DNA of 41,269 nucleotides from the NCBI GenBank assembly GCA_002256025.1, contig NKIB01014709.1, positions 1 through 41,269 of the forward strand. The letters are read 5' to 3'. Positions 32,551-41,269 of this stretch are shown piece by piece. The notes beneath the pieces were generated by a model. It made no database searches, was not told the origin of the DNA, and saw nothing but the letters and a program-made list of their open reading frames with translations. The translations under genes and the position numbers were made by a program. Position 1 is the first letter of the stretch. Every line of letters begins with the position of its first letter. Origin of the DNA: Asterionella formosa (taxonomy: Eukaryota).

Positions 32551-35005
32551 CTATTTTGACATTGATATGCTTGCTGTCCCGTCATTGCCTTGGTAACCTG
32601 GAGGAACGACTTCAATGTGGCTTGGCAAGCCCGTCTCCGAGAACCATACTGCCCGAAATGTGTCATAATCTGCTGTGTGCCTCATCATTTGCCCAATGAC
32701 ACAGCAAGAACACCAGATGGAAACCAACAAATCTTCGCAACCTTCCAAATTTTCTTCAGGTATTTCGTAAGCTTTGCGGATTGATAGTCGTGTCCGGATT
32801 ATCAAATTGACACAGAAAAAGAGAACAGGAGTACTAAAAAGCAAAAATATAACTGCGGCAAATACCTTGACTGGAATTTTTGGTGTTTGAGCCACTATAG
32901 TAATGAGTAATACGTTCAAGGCGATGAAACATAATGATAGCACCAATACAGTCTGAACTTTCATTCTCGATCGAATTGACTGTTTTCGAACACCAATGAC
33001 TGGTAGACGCATTCGAGCCATCACTTGTGTGAGCGCAACTACAAAACGAAAGGTTAGACGTGGATGAACTTGGAGGTGATGCAGCACGCAATGAGGATAA
33101 GGTCAACGTACTTGGAGCAAAAATGAAGCTTGTCCACAAAGCTGGGTGGTCAATGCCGTGGCGAAAACAATCAAAGAGTCCATCTCGCCAGTGATGATGA
33201 GGAATTCCTGTTTCTTGGTACTTTGTCGCTCTCCAGTCCGTCACTGTAGATTCAAATACTTCACCTTTACTGACACCTCCTTTTGGGACCGTAGCAGTAA
33301 AAGCCCTACCTTCGACTTCGGCTTCAAATTGATAGTCCTCTGGAAAGCTACCAGGTGATAACACTTTCATTGATGTGGGATTCTGTGACCATTCTGATCC
33401 TACAATTGACTTTTCTTTCATTCTCCCTAGTGCATATTCTTTTGAAAGCATATTTTCTTCCGATATTATTACCTGCATTTCCCCAAGTGCATTTTGTTTT
33501 GAAAGAATGTCTTCCCCCCTTATTGCCTGTATTGTTTTTTCGCTTTGCTTTGAAGGCTCAACAGCCATAATCTCGTCATTACTTCGCACACTACCGCTGT
33601 CGCCATCTTCCATGAGTTTGTAATCACACAAGATGGTAGGAGGAATTTCCCTTGCCTCGATAAAAATAGGCCTGACCGGCAGTTCGTCTCGTTGATTGAA
33701 ATCATGAGGTATAGGGCTCTTGGATCGAGATATTTTTTTACTAAAAGTCTCGTTGAAATGCTTGTTTCGAGATGGAGATGAACTCCTCCTTTCAGGGGCG
33801 CGGAGCAGGGGTGCGAGCGGTTTCTTTCCAATTCTCTTCCCTTGTCGTGTACTATCAGCACTCATTGTAAGTGAGCTGACGGACGAAGCAGCCGTAAGAT
33901 TTTCCAACTCCAGCTTTAGACTATCCAAAATGAACCTGTACCTCACTCGGTTCTCTGGGTCGGTGGATTGTGACAACAAAATGGTCGCTCTGTCGATCTC
34001 TTCCATTATAATTTGCCTTGTTTTGGACTCAGCTTGTAATGCGTGCAATATTTTCAATTTACGTTCATGTTGCTTGGGTTTTGGTGGTATCAACTCAAAA
34101 ATTTCTGAATTCTCCGTCCTTCTCGGACTTTTTGGTATTTGTACAATCAACTTCGTCATGGTTTCTTTGGCACTGTGTTTGTTGTCAGGACCCTTTTTCA
34201 GTATTGGAGTTGGTTTCAGATAGTCTGGGCTCTTCCTGGATGGACTTTTACTTCCTCGCCTGGAGCTTTTAGATCTACGGGATCGCCTTGACGGAGGAGT
34301 ATACTCACAAAATCTTCGATCCAAGCTGCTGTCTCGAGTGATAGGGCTGTCTCTAATGGAGATTATGTCACGATTTTTGGAGCGAACTTCTGGGTCCCTC
34401 TCAACAGAATTCTTCTCTAAATGAAAGTTTTGGTGAACAACTGGTTTATGTGTATTTTCTTGAATAGAACTTGGCTTCGATAGATCAGTTGGAATCCGTT
34501 CGAATTGACCACGTTGTGCAGTTGGATGTGGATACGTAATGTATCCATTGATGTGATGGTTTTCATCACCTTTATAGCCTTCCGAAATCTCTACCTTGGT
34601 TTTGAATGGAGACGAATGCAGACATCGTTGCTGAATGGGAATTTTTGAAATAAGCAACGAATCTCCAAATGCATTTCTTAGCCTTCGTAACAAACCATCT
34701 TGTGTCGACTCTCCTGGATTCGCAAAGGTTGCTAGCGATTTGATTTTCTTTTGATAAGCTTCCGAAAAAATGAGCCGCTCCTCTGCTGTCATAACCGTCT
34801 CCAAGACGCGCTCCCCCTGCTGTCTCGAATCATTCTGTTCTGATAGCAGTTTGTAGGCAAGTCTTGTAAAGGCCTCTTCGTCCTGTAGCAGGGGATTATT
34901 CGGTTGGTGTAATGCCATTGTTTGAAAATTTGTCATGTAGTGTTCAGTTCCATTTTGAGATTCATCACGGTACGGTGAATAGCTGAGGTAGCCGTAGTTG
35001 GCCAT
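32551..35005 (-). CDS. PLAC8-domain membrane protein with a long low-complexity N-terminus (~793 aa, 2 exons)
   Basis: Exon 1 35005-33112, 73-nt GT-AG intron 33111-33039 with CTAAC, exon 2 33038-32551. Motifs WRDGLFDCF, two hydrophobic helices, and IRKAYEIPE...GCEDLLVSIWCSCCVIGQMMRHTADY. Confidence 0.88.
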
Positions 35006-35571
35006 GGTCCGATGGCTTAGGTTTGGATTCCGGAATCGTGCCGTTGACGATGTTTTTCCTCCGACGCTTCTCCTAATATGCTTTGATCGTTTTTCTTCTT
35101 GTCGAACAAATTATATAGGCCATAATGCTGAATTTAATTTTTTATCTTTTGATGTGCTTAATATGTATTTATCTATCAGCACTGATAAAGTAAAAATACC
35201 GGTAATGCGTAATATAGTACGGGTATATAGGCAGATCATAAAAATACTATCCAAACTAATAGTATCATCATGGAATATACCATAATATTACTTGTTGAAT
35301 ATATGCATTGATCCTAGACCGTTACCACACACGAGGACAGAATTGTGGTCAATAAAATGTCATTGTAATATATACGTGGTGGAATATCAATCATTGCATG
35401 GATTGCATGTGATGGGCATCCTCACAATTTGGCGATTTTGTGGCGAGATGTCACGTGTTGGTAGCAAAACCAAGCTGATGTTGGTATATTCTGTACCCTC
35501 TGCTATTATACAACATCACCTACATTTGATATGATAGATATGATAAACACAGAAGGAAAACAAAAACCACA

Positions 35572-38500
35572 ATGAACATGTCGCGACAAAAATGGGGTAA
35601 CGATTTGCAACAGCCACTGCATCGCTGTGGCGCTTTATCACCCCTTTCGCATGAGAGCAATGCGTCATCAGGATACTGTCCACCTAACGAGACGATCAAT
35701 GCATTCTCGGGAGCAAGCTCGTTCTCAAAGAGAAGCGATTTGATGCACGACGACGACATTTTTATGAGCAAAATGAAGTCACTGATAAATCTGCATGAAT
35801 CCACGAATCTTAGAGTCGAAGACGCCATCGAAAGCTCCTTTCCTTCGCCAGGAGAACAAAAGCTTTTCCATGATGTGCTTCAGTTCCGAATGGCAAATCT
35901 CCCCATGTTCCCTGAGGCCGGAGAAACGGCAATGAACCAAATGGTCCGGGAGATAAACCAGAGGTTTGGGAGGGCTTTGCGAAATGTGTCAACAAGAAAA
36001 CAATCAAGTAGCTATACCCTGCCACCAATTGTAATTCATCCACTGTCAGCAGTCGATGGGAGATCACCATCAGGGAGTCATACCGGTTTTAGCTCACCTC
36101 CTCGAGACCAATCAGCATTGCCTCATTCGCCTCAGTCTACCACGACATATTACTCTCAAATGCACTCGTCGCAATCACAACTGGACAATGGGATGCAACG
36201 TGCGATGCCACTAATGAATCCGATAGCAATGTCTCCCATGACATATTATCAGGGCCACGTTAATACTCATGGATCCCAGGTATCGCCTACTAATCCTTCG
36301 GAAGCCCCTTTGCAAGCAGCCCAAAACAGTTCATCCTCGCCAGTACGGGTGGCAGCGAATCCATCGTCACCGACAGGGTTTCTGAATCAAGCAATGTCGC
36401 AACACCAGTTGGATCGCACTATGCAAAATCAGCAAGTTCCAATTCTGGGCCGTCTTGAAGAATCACATGATGATAGCCTGCATGTAGCACCGCATCAACA
36501 AGTGCAGTCGAAGGTTCGATATGGCGAGGCACGTGATAATCTGCAGGCAAAATCTCTGGAAGCACAGCCTCAGGTTCGTCAAGCAGAATCACAGACTAAT
36601 AGTGTGCCATCACATCAGCAACAGCAGATGAAATGGACAGCCCCCCAATTATTGAGCCAACCCAATATCCCTCGACAGCTAACGCAAAATGACATTAACC
36701 GGCAGTCCGCTGTACCAGGAAGACTTCCAAACGGTCAAGGAACGTCTAAGGTTGTGAAACAAAAGACACAAGGTATTATGGAAAGTCAATCACAATATCA
36801 ACCTTTTGTAGAAACACCCCAAATACATAGGATGATTCCAGGACAAAGGACGCCAAGAGAAAACTATCAATACCAACCTCCTCAGCTCACTGCAAAAGCA
36901 ATGCCAAAAATAGATATAGATTGGAACATACCAGTAATGGCAGAAGAAATGACAATCGAAGCCTTTGTTGACAACTCGCCCAAGAAACAAGTGAACATTC
37001 GAGAGAAGACGATACGAAGAGAGCGGGTGTCTTCTTCAACAAACAACCCATCATCTCCCTTGTCTGTTGCAAGTGATCCAACTGCTGTGATGTCAAATCG
37101 TGGTAGACTTACTAATTCTTTTGATTCAACTGAAAACATGAATGAAAATGACAGGAAAGTAGAAAAGAAGTCGAAACAAAAAACCAGAACAAGGAATTCC
37201 AATCCGAATGAGGTAGCTGCAACAGCTTTTTCCGCGGCATGTGCTGAATCCCCTAATATGTCATCAACTTCACCTCTCATTTTTGATTCAATACAAGTCA
37301 AAGCCATTGGGGGAAACTACAAACTCGACATCTCAAGGAACAAGAGTGTCCTTCTTTTCAATGAAGCCGAAACACTGCAGAAACATGCAATTCTGCGAAA
37401 AACACTCATGGACGAAGTTGATCGAGTTAATCAGAGGCTGGCAACTGCTACTATGGAAGGGGAAAAGAATGCATACCTAGCATATCTTGATGAGCTACAG
37501 CTAGAACTAGAAAAATGGAATAAAGCAGCACATTTTGGTTCTGATAACATGAATGTGGTGGCTTGTAGTAACGAGCAACATAAAGACCTGAGGGCATCGC
37601 CAGTCGACAAGGTTCAAGACTCTACTGGTACTTCATTTGAGACAGACAAGTTTACTATTGAAACCATGGAACTATGTGACCTCTATAAAGGTGATGAAAG
37701 AAATACTGATGACAGTACTAAGACAAGGGTTCATTCCAAAAAGGCAAATGTACAAGAAGCCAAACATGACGATGGGATTCCAAGTGACATTAGGAGGCAA
37801 TGGAGAATTGTTGACATTGAGGCACCAAATACTCTTCCAGGAGGCTTCAAGTTTGAAGCAAGGCTTGATGATGAAGTCTTCATTGCGACAGTACCTAGGG
37901 GTGGAGTAAAGAAGGGAGAAATATTTGCAACAAGAATGGGAGATATCTATGGAAGCAATGATGATGCAGCAGATCGAACTCGTGTGTACAAGGACATGGA
38001 TGCACCACCCACAAGGTGGAGAGATGACCTATTTGATTGCTTCCGACATGGCTTGCACCATCCAATGCTATGCAACACAATATTTTGCCCTATGATTGCA
38101 CTACATCAGATATTGTCACGAGTCCAAATGGATGGTACTGGATACCGTATAGTCACAATCAAATCAAGAACCCGTGTCTTCTTTGTGGTCTGGCTGGTCT
38201 TTCTTTTGATTCTGATTCATGTCATTTACGTGGCGTTTTTCATTGTGGGTTCACCAGACGAAGAAAGTATACTCATAGCTACCATTCCTTTGATCGGCAT
38301 GGACTGTTTTTTGCTCCTCTATGGTGTCTACATGGTAGCAAAGACAAGGAGACAGGTTCGGAGTGAATATGATATTCCAGAATTACGTTGCAAAGGATAC
38401 GAGGACTGCTGCATGGCAGTGTTTTGTACTTGTTGTACCATTGCTCAAATGGGACGGCATACAGCAGACTATGAAACCTACCGAGCTTACTGCTGCTCGG

Positions 38501-38589
38501 ATACAGGGCTTGCAAATCATATCGAAATTAAGCTTCCTGTGGAATCTCTCCTGGACCGGAGTGACATTGAACGTGTTTCATCAACATAA
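35572..38589 (+). CDS. PLAC8-domain membrane protein with a long Gln/Ser/Pro-rich N-terminus (1005 aa)
   Basis: Intact ORF with WRDDLFDCF...FCPMIALHQ, two TM helices and VRSEYDIPE...GYEDCCMAVFCTCCTIAQMGRHTADY. Confidence 0.9.
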   Translation: MNMSRQKWGNDLQQPLHRCGALSPLSHESNASSGYCPPNETINAFSGASSFSKRSDLMHDDDIFMSKMKSLINLHESTNLRVEDAIESSFPSPGEQKLFHDVLQFRMANLPMFPEAGETAMNQMVREINQRFGRALRNVSTRKQSSSYTLPPIVIHPLSAVDGRSPSGSHTGFSSPPRDQSALPHSPQSTTTYYSQMHSSQSQLDNGMQRAMPLMNPIAMSPMTYYQGHVNTHGSQVSPTNPSEAPLQAAQNSSSSPVRVAANPSSPTGFLNQAMSQHQLDRTMQNQQVPILGRLEESHDDSLHVAPHQQVQSKVRYGEARDNLQAKSLEAQPQVRQAESQTNSVPSHQQQQMKWTAPQLLSQPNIPRQLTQNDINRQSAVPGRLPNGQGTSKVVKQKTQGIMESQSQYQPFVETPQIHRMIPGQRTPRENYQYQPPQLTAKAMPKIDIDWNIPVMAEEMTIEAFVDNSPKKQVNIREKTIRRERVSSSTNNPSSPLSVASDPTAVMSNRGRLTNSFDSTENMNENDRKVEKKSKQKTRTRNSNPNEVAATAFSAACAESPNMSSTSPLIFDSIQVKAIGGNYKLDISRNKSVLLFNEAETLQKHAILRKTLMDEVDRVNQRLATATMEGEKNAYLAYLDELQLELEKWNKAAHFGSDNMNVVACSNEQHKDLRASPVDKVQDSTGTSFETDKFTIETMELCDLYKGDERNTDDSTKTRVHSKKANVQEAKHDDGIPSDIRRQWRIVDIEAPNTLPGGFKFEARLDDEVFIATVPRGGVKKGEIFATRMGDIYGSNDDAADRTRVYKDMDAPPTRWRDDLFDCFRHGLHHPMLCNTIFCPMIALHQILSRVQMDGTGYRIVTIKSRTRVFFVVWLVFLLILIHVIYVAFFIVGSPDEESILIATIPLIGMDCFLLLYGVYMVAKTRRQVRSEYDIPELRCKGYEDCCMAVFCTCCTIAQMGRHTADYETYRAYCCSDTGLANHIEIKLPVESLLDRSDIERVSST

Positions 38590-38639
38590 TGATGTCCTTA
38601 GAATCCAAAAACACCCATGCAGTAATATATGAAAATGAT

Positions 38640-39330
38640 AGACATAATACAGAGGTATTATTAAGAATCACATTGTCAATGGAGGATTCTTTTCTTTGCA
38701 TTTCATTAGCATACTGGTAGTTATCAATGCAGGACTTGGGATGAATAACTGGGAATGCATGGTATAGGAGTACCGGATCCACATATTGCAGCAAAAACGA
38801 TATTTTTAGCTTCATTTTCACGTCTCCCTTAGATAGTCTGGTGATCAAAATATTTAGCTGATGTATCATGAGTGAAGATGACTGATTTGATGCTTGCTTT
38901 CTGGAAATGAGAAGTGTGAGAATATTCAGAATGAAAAATATGGAACTGTTTGAGCACAGTAGGTTGCTTACAAACAAAAGAATTCTATTCAAAGTGAGGC
39001 TGGTGGGCTTAGAGGTGCACTAATCACTGGCATGGTTCGCTATATTGACAACTCCAAATCACATGGAGAATCTGGTTGCGAAGTCTTTTGCTAGGAATGT
39101 TGAGTTGGGGATTTACAGGTACACTTGTGGACTCAAATTTTCCCTTATGATGGATAGAAAAGGATCCAGGAGTTTCTGAAACTAATTGGAACAGCTCCTA
39201 CTTCACACCATTACTGGGTAACAAGAAGAGATCAATTCATGGCACAGAGTTATAATTATTAACAGAATTATTGGCAACTAACATGGCTGAAGGAGCATAT
39301 ATAGTCTACAATGAACCAATCTTTCATAAA
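38640..39330 (+). pseudogene. Possible heavily decayed non-LTR retrotransposon fragment (region C-terminal to RT)
   Basis: Broken GLG/GGL-type segments and a later W-I...FL pattern recall LINE ORF2 post-RT sequence. CpG-poor, no intact frame. Confidence 0.3.
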
Positions 39331-39544
39331 CCACGATGGTTTGTTCATACTCCATATCAGGTACCCATACCATGCCAGTTATTTATATATATACCACTCA
39401 AAATTGCTTAGTTAGTTCCTGTTAAATTGTCTAGTTGAAATATCACAGATCTTACTTTTAAGATCTCTAAAGCTGAAAACGTATTTTCACTTTACACTTT
39501 GTAATATTGTGAGCTTTCTGTTAATAGTCTATCTAGTCTTTTTC

Positions 39545-39743
39545 TTGCTGAAGGCAATACACGCCCGAGGTGGTCTCTTGCCTGCGAGTATACATGTGTT
39601 CGAGGCTGGGTGGCGCGAGTAGGTTGACCGTACGAGAGGCGCCCCCGGCGCTGCGAGAAGGTCACCCTACGAGTGCCATCCCAGTCGAGTACACATGTAT
39701 ACGAGAAGGCAAGTAGCCACCGAGAAGGGTATTGTTGAGGCAA
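39545..39743 (+). other. ~200-nt imperfect hairpin with periodic tandem G.A mismatches; candidate structured ncRNA or ssDNA element
   Basis: The arms pair around a CCC loop (39644-39646). Ten CGAG tetramers (39566, 39585, 39601, 39616, 39633 / 39654, 39670, 39686, 39702, 39721) face each other pairwise. Several G.T/U pairs occur on the + strand. Confidence 0.8.
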
Positions 39744-41269
39744 TTCCCGCTCTAGCTATCGTCGCGTCATTCGCTTACCTACTGCCCACAAATTTAGCAT
39801 AAATGTCAATTTTAGCCTACTATTGCCCATCATATAAAATATAATTCGTATATTTCCTATATTCACCTCGAAAATTGCCAAAGGTCCGATATTGCCCATC
39901 ATTAAAATATACATATGTTCGCATTTTGGCAAGACAACAGACGCCAATTGCCCCTCGGTTTTCCAGCCCTGGGATTGCCGAAATCGGCAAGGGGTCTACT
40001 TAAGGAAACCATTTTATATACTATACAGTTTTTAATAATTTATATCTAGAATTCACCTCGTTTTTGTTCGTCTCCTGAAAAGTGGACTCCGGCAATTCAC
40101 CTTTCACCATGCCAATCGTCGTCCATCATGACCGGTTTGGAGCGAAATCAGTTCCGCGATGACGCCAGTAGCGATTCTTTGCCTAAAGGATGCGGTTGAT
40201 TGTTGGATTGCTTGTCTTCTCGAGGCATTCATGTAGTCGCATCGTCCATTTTTCGTCGGACGAACGATGATATCGATACATCTGATGTTGGTGGCAAGTT
40301 TTTGCTCCGGTCATGTATGTAATGATGCTTGACTGATATTCTACCGGTTACCGGCAGTCATCTAGTCTACATACGTACGTGGTACTAAAAACAACCATGC
40401 ATGGTTTAAGCTATGCTTTAACGCTTACTTTGAACACGTAATAATATTCTCTCTGTAGACTCGGTATTATTTTTACGAGACCTGAAATGTTGAATTATAT
40501 CGTTCACATATTCATAGATTTTACGTACCGTATGCCCGATTTCGTCCTCACAAATATAGTTCTCACTCTATCTTGCCTGCCTTTGCTCTATTCGGGCTTG
40601 CAATAGGCAACGTTCGTCTTTCTTTGATCCCATCGTCTGCTGCTTGTTATGCTAGTTGAAGCGGATCGGTGAGTACAACAGTGAAATACTGAATGTGGAT
40701 TGTAGATTGTATTTATCGACTTTCCGATTTGATTGCTTCCGTGGTTTGTTTTGATCGCTTCCATCGTTGTTTGTCATTACGCACTGTCGTTTTGTTTCGA
40801 TTGTACATATCTACATAAGAACCAATGCATTTATAAATGACTACTCATTGAAGATGTGGTATTGTGCCGTTGTTGATTTGTATAGTCATTGACAATGATG
40901 TCAATATTGCCGCCAAGCAATGCTTTTCTTGTACTAACGCGCTTTGCTACATTTCTACTGCGAGTTCGTATCAGAAGCTACATGAATAATCAGCTAGAGA
41001 GAGTCAATAGTGCTGGAGCAGCGCGGCGATCATGCTTGCTCAGAATGGAATGATCGGGGTTGCCTGTTTGGTGGGCGGAACGAGAGGAATGACTGTGGCG
41101 GAAATACTGCTACTGGCTGGTGTCAGGCTACTACAGCGATGCGCATGGTTGCAGCAACCAGACTATTCAGGTATACATTGGGTTGAGCTCTTTTTCTTCT
41201 TCTTTCGGTCTTCGATTGTATGGCGATGGAAAGTCAATGTTGCCTGGTGTGTAAGTACTACAATGATTC

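Noticed and set aside
32834..33111. C-terminal tail of the 723-aa ORF in the track
   Set aside because: Read-through into a 73-nt intron; the spliced frame restores the PLAC8 domain.
39545..39743. SECIS, SRP RNA, tRNA or MITE interpretation of the hairpin
   Set aside because: No AUGA quartet with apical AA or upstream Sec-UGA gene, no SRP or tRNA features seen, and the systematic CGAG mismatches and lack of a TSD do not fit MITE TIRs.
39492..39947. ORFs 39492-39743 and 39756-39947 on the minus strand
   Set aside because: Short with no domain; the first is a by-product of the GC-rich hairpin.

Overview
Eukaryotic DNA, most likely from a diatom (inferred from CoDi-type Copia elements, short GT-AG introns with CTAAC branch points, and a silaffin-like gene). 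The first ~27 kb is mostly nested, decayed transposons: two pogo/Tc1-mariner-type TIR elements (1043-2958, 2971-3713) and a Copia LTR retrotransposon with both LTRs (7205-26413, 5-bp TSD). The Copia carries a MULE-type insertion (10-bp TSD) and two related 6-7.7 kb DNA elements, each with a Plavaka-transposase-like C-terminal domain gene convergent with a Ulp1-like protease gene. Two features are invisible to the ORF track. (1) At 4434-6790 is a 13-exon micro-exon gene with all introns in phase 0 and internal exons of 9-36 nt; it encodes a ~116-aa secreted Lys/Ala/Pro/Thr-rich protein with RXL and KXXK motifs, like silaffins. (2) At 39545-39743 is a ~200-nt strand-specific hairpin in which five CGAG/CGAG tandem G.A mismatches recur about every 16 bp. 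The right third holds ordinary host genes: a thioredoxin-like 2Fe-2S/TPR protein, an FAD monooxygenase and a head-to-head pair of PLAC8-domain paralogs. All calls were made by eye, without database searches.
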